Below are positions 12,450 to 26,750 of a DNA stretch of 64,000 bases, in pieces. The notes below the pieces were generated by a model. It was given only the letters and a program-made list of their open reading frames with translations. It was not told the DNA's origin and made no database searches. The DNA is from Eledone cirrhosa (Eukaryota): contig OZ024741.1 of NCBI GenBank assembly GCA_964016885.1, forward strand, positions 24,242,001 through 24,306,000, read 5' to 3'. Every line of letters begins with the position of its first letter. Position 1 is the stretch's first letter. A program made the translations under genes and the position numbers.

Positions 12450-15400
12450 TGTGCTTCAGCTGTCACCTAACCCTAATCCAGTACATATATAGTAAAAGAC
12501 TGTGCTTCAGCCATGACCTAACCCTAATCCAGTACATATATAGTAAAAGACTGTGCTTCAGACATGACCTCACCCTAATCCAGTACATATATAGTAAAAA
12601 CTGTGCTTCAGCTGTCACCTTACCCTAATCCAGTACATATATAGTAAAAGACTGTGTTTCAGCTGTCACCTAACCCTAATCCAGTACATATATAGTAAAA
12701 GACCGTGCTTCAGCCATGACCTAACCCTAATCCAGTACATATATAGTAAAAGACTTTGCTTCAGCCATGACCTAACCCTAATCCAGTACATATATAGTAA
12801 AAGACTGTGCTTCAGCTGTCACCTAACCCTAATCCAGTACATATATAGTAAAAGACTGTGCTTCAGCTGACTCCTAACCCTAATCCAGTACATATATAGT
12901 AAAAGACTGTGCTTCAGCTGTCACCTAACTCTAATCCAGTACATATATAGTAAAAGACCGTGCTTCAGCCATGACGTAACTTTAATCCAATCCATATATA
13001 GTAAAAGACTGTGCTTCAGCTGTCACCTAACTCTAATCCTGTACATATATAGTAAAAGACTGTGCTTCAGCTGTCACCTAACCCTAATCCAGTACATATA
13101 TAGTAAAAGACTGTGCTTCAGCTGTCACCTAACCCTAATCCTGTACATATATAGTAAAAGACTGTGCTTCAGCTGTGACCTAACCCTAATCCAGTACATA
13201 TATAGTAAAAGACTGTGCTTCAGCTGTCACCTAACTCTAATCCAGTACATATATAGTAAAAGACCGTGCCTCAGCCATGACCTTACTCTAATCCAGTACA
13301 TATATAGTAAAAGACTGTGCTTCAGCTGTCACCTAACTGTAATCCAGTACATATATAGTAAAAGACTGTGCTTCAGCTGTCACCTAACCCTAATCCAGTA
13401 CATATATAGTAAAAGACTGTGCTTCAGCCATGACCTAACCCTAATCCAGTACATATATAGTAAAAGACTGTGCTTCAGCCATGACCTAACCCTAATCCAG
13501 TACATATATAGTAAAAGACTGTGCTTCAGCTGTGACCTAACCCTAATCCAGTACATATAATAAAAGACTGTGCTTCAGCTGTCACCTAACCCTAATCCAG
13601 TACATATATAGTAAAAGACTGTGCTTCAGCTGTCACCTAACCCTAATCCAGTACATATATAGTAAAAGAGTATGCTTCAGCTGTCACCTAACCCTAATCC
13701 AGTACATATATAGTAAAAGACTGTGCTTCAGCTGTCACCTAACCTTAATCCAGTACATATATAGTAAAAGACTGTGCTTCAGCTGTCACCTAACTCTAAA
13801 CCAGTACATATATAGTAAAAGACCGTGCTTCAGCTGTCACCTAACCTTAATCCAGTACATATATAGTAAAAGACCGTGCTTCAGCTGTCATCTAACCTTA
13901 ATCCAGTACATATATAGCAAAAGACCGTGCTTCAGCTGTCACCTAACTCTAATCCAGTACATATATAGTAAAAGACTGTGCTGCAGCCATGACCTAACCT
14001 TAATCCAGTACATATATAGTAAAAGACTGTGCTTCAGCTGTCACCTAACTCTAATCCAGTACATATATAGTAAAAGACCGTGCTTCAGCTGTCACCTAAC
14101 CTTAATCCAGTACATATATAGTAAAAGACCGTGCTTCAGCTGTCACCTAACCCTAATCCAGTACATATATAGTAAAAGACTGTGCTTCAGCTGTCACCTA
14201 ACTCTAATCCAGTACATATATAGTAAAAGACCGTGCTTCAGCTGTCACCTAACCCTAATCCAGTACATATATAGTAAAAGACTGTGCTTCAGCTGTCACC
14301 TAACTCTAATCCAGTACATATATAGTAAAAGACTGTGCCTCAGCTGTGACCTAACCCTAATCCAGTACATATATAGTAAAAGACTGTGCTTCAGCTGTCA
14401 CCTAACTCTAATCCGGTACATATATAGTAAAAGACTGTGCTTCAGCTGTCACCTAACTCTAATCCGGTACATATGTAGTAAAAAACTGTGCTTCAGCTGT
14501 CACCTAACTCTAATCCAGTACATATATAGTAAAAGACTGTGCTTCAGCCATGACCTAACTTTAATCCAGTACATATATAGTAAAAGACTGTGCTTCAGCT
14601 GTCACCTAACCCTAATCCAGTACATATATAGTAAAAGACTGTGCTTCAGTCATGACCTAACCCTAATCCAGTACGTATATAGTAAAAGACTGTGCTTCAT
14701 CCATGACCTAACCCTAATCCAGTACATATATAGTAAAAGATCGTGCTTCAGCTGTCACCTACATCTAATCCAGTACATATATAGCAAAAGACTGTGCTTC
14801 AGCCATGACCTAACTCTAATCCAGTACATATATAGTAAAAGACTGTGCTTCAGCTGTCACCTAACCCTAATCCAGTACATATATAGTAAAAGACTGTGCT
14901 TCAGCCATGACCTAACCCTAATGCAGTACATATATAGTAAAAGACTGTGCTTCAGCTGTCACCTAACTCTAATCCAGTACATATATAGAAAAAGACTGTG
15001 CTTCAGCTGTCACCTAACTCTAATCCAGTACATATATAGTAAAAGACTGTGCTTCAGCTGTGACCTAACCTTAATCCAGTACATATATAGTAAAAGACCG
15101 TGCCTCAGCCATGACCTAACCCTAATCCAGTACATATATAGTAAAAGACTGTGCTTCAGCTGTCACCTAACTCTAATCCAGTACATATATAGTAAAAGAC
15201 CGTGTTTCAGCTGTGACCTAACCCTAATCCAGTACATATATAGTAAAAGACTGTGCTTCAGCCATGACCTAACCCTAATCCAGTACATATATAGTAAAAG
15301 ACTGTGCTTCAGCTGTCACCTACATCTAATCCAGTACATATATAGTAAAAGACTGTGCTTCAGCCATGACCTAACTCTAATCCAGTACATATATAGTAAA

Positions 15401-18400
15401 AGACTGTGCTTCAGCTGTCACCTAACCCTAATCCAGTACATATATAGTAAAAGACTGTGCTTCAGCCATGACCTAACCCTAATCCAGTACATATATAGTA
15501 AAAGACCGTGTTTCAGCTGTCACCTACATCTAATCCAGTACATATATAGTAAAAGACTGTGCTTCAGCCATGACCTAACTCTAATCCAGTACATATATAG
15601 TAAAAGACTGTGCTTCAGCTGTCACCTAACCCTAATCCAGTACATATATAGTAAAAGACTGTGCTTCAGCCATGACCTAACCATAATGCAGTACATATAT
15701 AGTAAAAGACTGTGCTTCAGCTGTCACCTAACTCTAATCCAGTACATATATAGTAAAAGACTGTGCTTCAGCTGTCACCTAACTCTAATCCAGTACATAT
15801 ATAGTAAAAGACTGTGCTTCAGCTGTGACCTAACCTTAATCCAGTACATATATAGTAAAAGACCGTGCCTCAGCCATGACCTAACCCTAATCCAGTACAT
15901 ATATAGTAAAAGACTGTGCTTCAGCCATGACCTAACCCTAATCCAGTACATATATAGTAAAAGACTGTGCTTCAGACATGACCTCACCCTAATCCAGTAC
16001 ATATATAGTAAAAACTGTGCTTCAGCTGTCACCTTACCCTAATCCAGTACATATATAGTAAAAGACTGTGTTTCAGCTGTCACCTAACCCTAATCCAGTA
16101 CATATATAGTAAAAGACCGTGCTTCAGCCATGACCTAACCCTAATCCAGTACATATATAGTAAAAGACTTTGCTTCAGCCATGACCTAACCCTAATCCAG
16201 TACATATATAGTAAAAGACTGTGCTTCAGCTGTCACCTAACCCTAATCCAGTACATATATAGTAAAAGACTGTGCTTCAGCTGACTCCTAACCCTAATCC
16301 AGTACATATATAGTAAAAGACTGTGCTTCAGCTGTCACCTAACTCTAATCCAGTACATATATAGTAAAAGACCGTGCTTCAGCCATGACGTAACTTTAAT
16401 CCAATCCATATATAGTAAAAGACTGTGCTTCAGCTGTCACCTAACTCTAATCCTGTACATATATAGTAAAAGACTGTGCTTCAGCTGTCACCTAACCCTA
16501 ATCCAGTACATATATAGTAAAAGACTGTGCTTCAGCTGTCACCTAACCCTAATCCTGTACATATATAGTAAAAGACTGTGCTTCAGCTGTGACCTAACCC
16601 TAATCCAGTACATATATAGTAAAAGACTGTGCTTCAGCTGTCACCTAACTCTAATCCAGTACATATATAGTAAAAGACCGTGCCTCAGCCATGACCTTAC
16701 TCTAATCCAGTACATATATAGTAAAAGACTGTGCTTCAGCTGTCACCTAACTGTAATCCAGTACATATATAGTAAAAGACTGTGCTTCAGCTGTCACCTA
16801 ACCCTAATCCAGTACATATATAGTAAAAGACTGTGCTTCAGCCATGACCTAACCCTAATCCAGTACATATATAGTAAAAGACTGTGCTTCAGCCATGACC
16901 TAACCCTAATCCAGTACATATATAGTAAAAGACTGTGCTTCAGCTGTGACCTAACCCTAATCCAGTACATATAATAAAAGACTGTGCTTCAGCTGTCACC
17001 TAACCCTAATCCAGTACATATATAGTAAAAGACTGTGCTTCAGCTGTCACCTAACCCTAATCCAGTACATATATAGTAAAAGAGTATGCTTCAGCTGTCA
17101 CCTAACCCTAATCCAGTACATATATAGTAAAAGACTGTGCTTCAGCTGTCACCTAACCTTAATCCAGTACATATATAGTAAAAGACTGTGCTTCAGCTGT
17201 CACCTAACTCTAAACCAGTACATATATAGTAAAAGACCGTGCTTCAGCTGTCACCTAACCTTAATCCAGTACATATATAGTAAAAGACCGTGCTTCAGCT
17301 GTCATCTAACCTTAATCCAGTACATATATAGCAAAAGACCGTGCTTCAGCTGTCACCTAACTCTAATCCAGTACATATATAGTAAAAGACTGTGCTGCAG
17401 CCATGACCTAACCTTAATCCAGTACATATATAGTAAAAGACTGTGCTTCAGCTGTCACCTAACTCTAATCCAGTACATATATAGTAAAAGACCGTGCTTC
17501 AGCTGTCACCTAACCTTAATCCAGTACATATATAGTAAAAGACCGTGCTTCAGCTGTCACCTAACCCTAATCCAGTACATATATAGTAAAAGACTGTGCT
17601 TCAGCTGTCACCTAACTCTAATCCAGTACATATATAGTAAAAGACCGTGCTTCAGCTGTCACCTAACCCTAATCCAGTACATATATAGTAAAAGACTGTG
17701 CTTCAGCTGTCACCTAACTCTAATCCAGTACATATATAGTAAAAGACTGTGCCTCAGCTGTGACCTAACCCTAATCCAGTACATATATAGTAAAAGACTG
17801 TGCTTCAGCTGTCACCTAACTCTAATCCGGTACATATATAGTAAAAGACTGTGCTTCAGCTGTCACCTAACTCTAATCCGGTACATATGTAGTAAAAAAC
17901 TGTGCTTCAGCTGTCACCTAACTCTAATCCAGTACATATATAGTAAAAGACTGTGCTTCAGCCATGACCTAACTTTAATCCAGTACATATATAGTAAAAG
18001 ACTGTGCTTCAGCTGTCACCTAACCCTAATCCAGTACATATATAGTAAAAGACTGTGCTTCAGTCATGACCTAACCCTAATCCAGTACGTATATAGTAAA
18101 AGACTGTGCTTCATCCATGACCTAACCCTAATCCAGTACATATATAGTAAAAGACCGTGCTTCAGCTGTCACCTACATCTAATCCAGTACATATATAGCA
18201 AAAGACTGTGCTTCAGCCATGACCTAACTCTAATCCAGTACATATATAGTAAAAGACTGTGCTTCAGCTGTCACCTAACCCTAATCCAGTACATATATAG
18301 TAAAAGACTGTGCTTCAGCCATGACCTAACCCTAATGCAGTACATATATAGTAAAAGACTGTGCTTCAGCTGTCACCTAACTCTAATCCAGTACATATAT

Positions 18401-18700
18401 AGAAAAAGACTGTGCTTCAGCTGTCACCTAACTCTAATCCAGTACATATATAGTAAAAGACTGTGCTTCAGCTGTGACCTAACCTTAATCCAGTACATAT
18501 ATAGTAAAAGACCGTGCCTCAGCCATGACCTAACCCTAATCCAGTACATATATAGTAAAAGACTGTGCTTCAGCTGTCACCTAACTCTAATCCAGTACAT
18601 ATATAGTAAAAGACCGTGTTTCAGCTGTGACCTAACCCTAATCCAGTACATATATAGTAAAAGACTGTGCTTCAGCCATGACCTAACCCTAATCCAGTAC
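12450..18700. repeat. Tandem duplication, offset 3414 bp (67 x 51 - 3)
   Basis: GAGTATG 13668/17082, ORF ends 12628/16042, ORF starts 14921/18335, shared TACGTAT and TCATCCATG variants. Confidence 0.9.
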
Positions 18701-19074
18701 ATATATAGTAAAAGACTGTGCTTCAGACATGACCTCACCCTAATCCAGTACATATATAGTAAAAACTGTGCTTCAGCTGTCACCTAACCCTAATCCAGTA
18801 CATATATAGTAAAAGACTGTGTTTCAGCTGTCACCTAACCCTAATCCAGTACATATATAGTAAAAGACCGTGCTTCAGCCATGACCTAACCCTAATCCAG
18901 TACATATATAGTAAAAGACTGTGCTTCAGCTGTCACCTAACCCTAATCCAGTACATATATAGTAAAAGACTGTGCTTCAGCTGACTCCTAACCCTAATCC
19001 AGTACATATATAGTAAAAGACTGTGCTTCAGCTGTCACCTAACTCTAATCAAGTACATATATAGTAAAAGACCG

Positions 19075-22000
19075 TGCTTCAGCCATGACGTAACTTTAAT
19101 CCAATCCATATATAGTAAATGACTGTGCTTCAGCTGTCACCTAACTCTAATCCTGTACATATATAGTAAAAGACTGTGCTTCAGCTGTCACCTAACCCTA
19201 ATCCAGTACATATATAGTAAAAGACTGTGCTTCAGCTGTCACCTAACCCTAATCCTGTACATATATAGTAAAAGACTGTGCTTCAGCCATGACCTAACCC
19301 TAATCCAGTACATATATAGTAAAAGACTGTGCTTCAGCTGTCACCTAACTCTAATCCAGTACATATATAGTAAAAGACTGTGCTTCAGCTGTCACCTAAC
19401 CCTAATCCAGTACATATATAGTAAAAGACTGTGCTTCAGCCATGACCTAACCCTAATCCAGTACATATATAGTAAAAGACTGTGCTTCAGCCATGACCTA
19501 ACCCTAATCCAGTACATATATAGTAAAAGACTGTGCTTCAGCTGTCACCTAAACCTAATCTAGTACATATATAGTAAAAGACTGTGCTTCAGCCATGACC
19601 TAACCTTAATCCAGTACATATATAGTAAAAGACTGTGCTTCAGCCATGACCTAACCCTAATCCAGTACATATATAGTAAAAGACTGTGCTTCAGCCATGA
19701 CCTAACCCTAATCCAGTACATATATAGTAAAAGACTGTGCTTCAGCTGTCACCTAAACCTAATCTAGTACATATATAGTAAAAGACTGTGCTTCAGCCAT
19801 GACCTAACCCTAATCCCGTACATATGTAGTAAAAGACTGTGCTTCAGCTGTCACCTAAACCTAATCCAGTACATCTATAGTAAAAGACTGTGCTTCAGCC
19901 ATGACCTAACCCTAATCCAGTACATATATAGTAAAAGACTGTGCTTCAGCTGTGACCTAACTCTAATCCAGTACATATATAGTAAAAGACTGTGCTTCAG
20001 CCATGACCTAACCCTAATCCAGTACATATATAGTAAAAGACTGTGCTGCAGCCATGACCTAACCCTAATCCAGTACATATATAGTAAAAGACTGTGCTTC
20101 AGCTGTGACCTAACTTTAATCCAGTACATATATAGTAAAAGACTGTGCTTCAGCCATGACCTAACCCTAATCCAGTACATATATAGTAAAAGACTGTGCT
20201 TCAGCTGTCACCTAAACCTAATCCAGTACATCTATAGTAAAAGACTGTGCTTCAGCCATGACCTAACCCTAATCCAGTACATATATAGTAAAAGACTGTG
20301 CTTCAGCTGTGACCTAACTCTAATCCAGTACATATATAGTAAAAGACTGTGCTTCAGCCATGACCTAACCCTAATCCAGTACATATATAGTAAAAGACTG
20401 TGCTTCAGCTGTCACCTAACTCTAATCCAGTACATATATAGTAAAAGACTGTGCTTCAGCTGTCACCTAACCCTAATGCAGTACATATATAGTAAAAGAC
20501 TGTGCTGCAGCCATGACCTAACCCTAATCCAGTACATATATAGTAAAAGACTGTGCTTCAGCTGTCACCTAACTCTAATCCAGTACATATATAGTAAAAG
20601 ACTGTGCTTCAGCTGTCACCTAACCCTAATGCAGTACATATATAGTAAAAGATTGTGCTGCAGCCATGACCTAACCCTAATCCAGTACATATATAGTAAA
20701 AGACTGTGCTTCAGCCATGACCTAACCCTAATCCAGTACATATATAGTAAAAGACTGTGCTGCAGCCATGACCTAACCATAATCCAGTACATATATAGTA
20801 AAAGACTGTGCTTCAGCCATGACCTAACCATAATCCAGTACATATATAGTAAAAGACTGTGCTTCAGCCATGACCTAACCCTAATCCAGTACATATATAG
20901 TAAAAGACTGTGCTTCAGCCATGACCTAACCATAATCCAGTACATATATAGTAAAAGACTGTGCTGCAGCCATGACCTAACCCTAATCCAGTACATATAT
21001 AGTAAAAGACTGTGCTGCAGCCATGACCTAACCCTAATCCAGTACATATATAGTAAAAGACTGCTTCAGCTGTCACCTAACTCTAATCCAGTACATATAT
21101 AGTAAAAGACTGTGCTGCAGCCATGACCTAACCCTAATCCAGTACATATATAGTAAAAGACTGTGCTTCAGCCATGACCTAACCATAATCCAGTACATAT
21201 ATAGTAAAAGACTGTGCTTCAGCCATGACCTAACCATAATCCAGTACATATATAGTAAAAGACTGTGCTTCAGCCATGACCTAACCATAATCCAGTACAT
21301 ATATAGTAAAAGACTGTGCTTCAGCCATGACCTAACCCTAATCCAGTACATATATAGTAAAAGACTGTGCTTCAGCTGTGACCTAACTCTAATCCAGTAC
21401 ATATATAGTAAAAGACTGTGCTTCAGCCATGACCTAACCATAATCCAGTACATATATAGTAAAAGACTGTGCTTCAGCCATGACCTAACCATAATCCAGT
21501 ACATATATAGTAAAAGACTATGCTTCAGCCATGACCTAACCATAATCCAGTACATATATAGTAAAAGACTGTGCTTCAGCCATGACCTAACCCTAATCCA
21601 GTACATATATAGTAAAAGACTGTCCTTCAGCTGTCACCTAACCTTAATCCAGTACATATATAGTAAAAGACTGTGCTTCAGCCATGACCTAACCCTAATC
21701 CAGTACATATATAGTAAAAGACTGTGCTTCAGCCATGACCTAACCATAATCCAGTACATATATAGTAAAAGACTGTGCTGCAGCCATGACCTAACCCTAA
21801 TCCAGTACATATATAGTAAAAGACTGTGCTTCAGCCATGACCTAACCATAATCCAGTACATATATAGTAAAAGACTGTGCTTCAGCCATGACCTAACCCT
21901 AATCCAGTACATATATAGTAAAAGACTGTGCTTCAGCCATGACCTAACCATAATCCAGTACATATATAGTAAAAGACTGTGCTTCAGCCATGATCTAACC

Positions 22001-25000
22001 CTAATCCAGTACATATATAGTAAAAGACTGTGCTTCAGCCACGACCTAACCCTAATCCAGTACATATATAGTAAAAGACTGTGCTGCAGCCATGACCTAA
22101 CCCTAATCCAGTACATATATAGTAAAAGACTGTGCTGCAGTCATGACCTAACCCTAATCCAGTACATATATAGTAAAAGACTGTGCTTCAGCTGTCACCT
22201 AACTCTAATCCAGTACATATATAGTAAAAGACCGTGCCTCAGCCATGACCTTACTCTAATCCAGTACATATATAGTAAAAGACTGTGCTTCAGCTGTCAC
22301 CTAACTGTAATCCAGTACATATATAGTAAAAGACTGTGCTTCAGCTGTCACCTAACCCTAATCCAGTACATATATAGTAAAAGACTGTGCTTCAGCCATG
22401 ACCTAACCCTAATCCAGTACATATATAGTAAAAGACTGTGCTTCAGCCATGACCTAACCCTAATCCAGTACATATATAGTAAAAGACTGTGCTTCAGCTG
22501 TCACCTAAACCTAATCTAGTACATATATAGTAAAAGACTGTGCTTCAGCCATGACCTAACCTTAATCCAGTACATATATAGTAAAAGACTGTGCTTCAGC
22601 CATGACCTAACCCTAATCCAGTACATATATAGTAAAAGGCTGTGCTTCAGCCATGACCTAACCCTAATCCAGTACATATATAGTAAAAGACTGTGCTTCA
22701 GCTGTCACCTAAACCTAATCTAGTACATATATAGTAAAAGACTGTGCTTCAGCCATGACCTAACCCTAATCCCGTACATATGTAGTAAAAGACTGTGCTT
22801 CAGACATGACCTCACCCTAATCCCGTACATATGTAGTAAAAGGCTGTGCTTCAGCCATGACCTAACCCTAATCCAGTACATATATAGTAAAAACTGTGCT
22901 TCAGCTGTCACCTAACCCTAATCCAGTACATATATAGTAAAAGACTGTGTTTCAGCTGTCACCTAACCCTAATCCAGTACATATATAGTAAAAGACCGTG
23001 CTTCAGCCATGACCTAACCCTAATCCAGTACATATATAGTAAAAACTGTGCTTCAGCCATGACGTAACTTTAATCCAATCCATATATAGTAAATGACTGT
23101 GCTTCAGCTGTCACCTAACTCTAATCCTGTACATATATAGTAAAAGACTGTGCTTCAGCTGTCACCTAACCCTAATCCAGTACATATATAGTAAAAGACT
23201 GTGCTTCAGCTGTCACCTAACCCTAATCCTGTACATATATAGTAAAAGACTGTGCTTCAGCCATGACCTAACCCTAATCCAGTACATATATAGTAAAAGA
23301 CTGTGCTTCAGCTGTCACCTAACTCTAATCCAGTACATATATAGTAAAAGACTGTGCTTCAGCTGTCACCTAACCCTAATCCAGTACATATATAGTAAAA
23401 GACTGTGCTTCAGCCATGACCTAACCCTAATCCAGTACATATATAGTAAAAGACTGTGCTTCAGCCATGACCTAACCCTAATCCAGTACATATATAGTAA
23501 AAGACTGTGCTTCAGCTGTCACCTAAACCTAATCTAGTACATATATAGTAAAAGACTGTGCTTCAGCCATGACCTAACCTTAATCCAGTACATATATAGT
23601 AAAAGACTGTGCTTCAGCCATGACCTAACCCTAATCCAGTACATATATAGTAAAAGACTGTGCTTCAGCCATGACCTAACCCTAATCCAGTACATATATA
23701 GTAAAAGACTGTGCTTCAGCTGTCACCTAAACCTAATCTAGTACATATATAGTAAAAGACTGTGCTTCAGCCATGACCTAACCCTAATCCCGTACATATG
23801 TAGTAAAAGACTGTGCTTCAGCTGTCACCTAAACCTAATCCAGTACATCTATAGTAAAAGACTGTGCTTCAGCCATGACCTAACCCTAATCCAGTACATA
23901 TATAGTAAAAGACTGTGCTTCAGCTGTGACCTAACTCTAATCCAGTACATATATAGTAAAAGACTGTGCTTCAGCCATGACCTAACCCTAATCCAGTACA
24001 TATATAGCAAAAGACTGTGCTGCAGCCATGACCTAACCCTAATCCAGTACATATATAGTAAAAGACTGTGCTTCAGCTGTGACCTAACTTTAATCCAGTA
24101 CATATATAGTAAAAGACTGTGCTTCAGCCATGACCTAACCCTAATCCAGTACATATATAGTAAAAGACTGTGCTTCAGCTGTCACCTAAACCTAATCCAG
24201 TACATCTATAGTAAAAGACTGTGCTTCAGCCATGACCTAACCCTAATCCAGTACATATATAGTAAAAGACTGTGCTTCAGCTGTGACCTAACTCTAATCC
24301 AGTACATATATAGTAAAAGACTGTGCTTCAGCCATGACCTAACCCTAATCCAGTACATATATAGTAAAAGACTGTGCTTCAGCTGTCACCTAACTCTAAT
24401 CCAGTACATATATAGTAAAAGACTGTGCTTCAGCTGTCACCTAACCCTAATGCAGTACATATATAGTAAAAGACTGTGCTGCAGCCATGACCTAACCCTA
24501 ATCCAGTACATATATAGTAAAAGACTGTGCTTCAGCTGTCACCTAACTCTAATCCAGTACATATATAGTAAAAGACTGTGCTTCAGCTGTCACCTAACCC
24601 TAATGCAGTACATATATAGTAAAAGATTGTGCTGCAGCCATGACCTAACCCTAATCCAGTACATATATAGTAAAAGACTGTGCTTCAGCCATGACCTAAC
24701 CCTAATCCAGTACATATATAGTAAAAGACTGTGCTGCAGCCATGACCTAACCATAATCCAGTACATATATAGTAAAAGACTGTGCTTCAGCCATGACCTA
24801 ACCATAATCCAGTACATATATAGTAAAAGACTGTGCTTCAGCCATGACCTAACCCTAATCCAGTACATATATAGTAAAAGACTGTGCTTCAGCCATGACC
24901 TAACCATAATCCAGTACATATATAGTAAAAGACTGTGCTGCAGCCATGACCTAACCCTAATCCAGTACATATATAGTAAAAGACTGTGCTGCAGCCATGA

Positions 25001-26750
25001 CCTAACCCTAATCCAGTACATATATAGTAAAAGACTGCTTCAGCTGTCACCTAACTCTAATCCAGTACATATATAGTTAAAGACTGTGCTGCAGCCATGA
25101 CCTAACCCTAATCCAGTACATATATAGTAAAAGACTGTGCTTCAGCCATGACCTAACCATAATCCAGTACATATATAGTAAAAGACTGTGCTTCAGCCAT
25201 GACCTAACCATAATCCAGTACATATATAGTAAAAGACTGTGCTTCAGCCATGACCTAACCATAATCCAGTACATATATAGTAAAAGACTGTGCTTCAGCC
25301 ATGACCTAACCCTAATCCAGTACATATATAGTAAAAGACTGTGCTTCAGCTGTGACCTAACTCTAATCCAGTACATATATAGTAAAAGACTGTGCTTCAG
25401 CCATGACCTAACCATAATCCAGTACATATATAGTAAAAGACTGTGCTTCAGCCATGACCTAACCATAATCCAGTACATATATAGTAAAAGACTATGCTTC
25501 AGCCATGACCTAACCATAATCCAGTACATATATAGTAAAAGACTGTGCTTCAGCCATGACCTAACCCTAATCCAGTACATATATAGTAAAAGACTGTCCT
25601 TCAGCTGTCACCTAACCTTAATCCAGTACATATATAGTAAAAGACTGTGCTTCAGCCATGACCTAACCCTAATCCAGTACATATATAGTAAAAGACTGTG
25701 CTTCAGCCATGACCTAACCATAATCCAGTACATATATAGTAAAAGACTGTGCTGCAGCCATGACCTAACCCTAATCCAGTACATATATAGTAAAAGACTG
25801 TGCTTCAGCCATGACCTAACCATAATCCAGTACATATATAGTAAAAGACTGTGCTTCAGCCATGACCTAACCCTAATCCAGTACATATATAGTAAAAGAC
25901 TGTGCTTCAGCCATGACCTAACCATAATCCAGTACATATATAGTAAAAGACTGTGCTTCAGCCATGATCTAACCCTAATCCAGTACATATATAGTAAAAG
26001 ACTGTGCTTCAGCCACGACCTAACCCTAATCCAGTACATATATAGTAAAAGACTGTGCTGCAGCCATGACCTAACCCTAATCCAGTACATATATAGTAAA
26101 AGACTGTGCTGCAGTCATGACCTAACCCTAATCCAGTACATATATAGTAAAAGACTGTGCTTCAGCTGTCACCTAACTCTAATCCAGTACATATATAGTA
26201 AAAGACCGTGCCTCAGCCATGACCTTACTCTAATCCAGTACATATATAGTAAAAGACTGTGCTTCAGCTGTCACCTAACTGTAATCCAGTACATATATAG
26301 TAAAAGACTGTGCTTCAGCTGTCACCTAACCCTAATCCAGTACATATATAGTAAAAGACTGTGCTTCAGCCATGACCTAACCCTAATCCAGTACATATAT
26401 AGTAAAAGACTGTGCTTCAGCCATGACCTAACCCTAATCCAGTACATATATAGTAAAAGACTGTGCTGCAGCCATGACCTAATCCTAATCCAGTACATAT
26501 ATAGTAAAAGACTGTGCTTCAGCCATGACCTAACCTTAATCCAGTACATATATAGTAAAAGACTGTGCTTCAGCCATGACCTAACCCTAATCCAGTACAT
26601 ATATAGTAAAAGGCTGTGCTTCAGCCATGACCTAACCCTAATCCAGTACATATATAGTAAAAGACTGTGCTTCAGCTGTCACCTAAACCTAATCTAGTAC
26701 ATATATAGTAAAAGACTGTGCTTCAGCCATGACCTAACCCTAATCCCGTA
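19075..26750. repeat. Tandem duplication, offset 3974 bp (78 x 51 - 4)
   Basis: GACGTAAC 19087/23061, ORF pairs 19875/23849, 20476/24450 and 21634/25608. Shared GACTGCTTC 2-bp deletion and GATTGTG variant. Confidence 0.9.

Larger units (their letters stand above)
1..19300. repeat. Domain I: type-A-rich (CAGCTGTCACC) sub-array, relatively diverse, built from 3.4-4.3 kb imperfect higher-order units
   Basis: Type A predominates. GACCGTG, AACCTT, AACTGT and GCCTCAG variants are frequent. The rare marker GAGTATG occurs at 2816, 7097, 9848, 11172, 13668 and 17082. Confidence 0.85.

Noticed and set aside
2700-18790. 1-bp plus 2-bp deletions summing to -3 per higher-order unit, read as frame-preserving selection
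   Set aside because: The sequence between the two indels is out of frame and full of stops, and other units have net -5, -4, -2 or +1.
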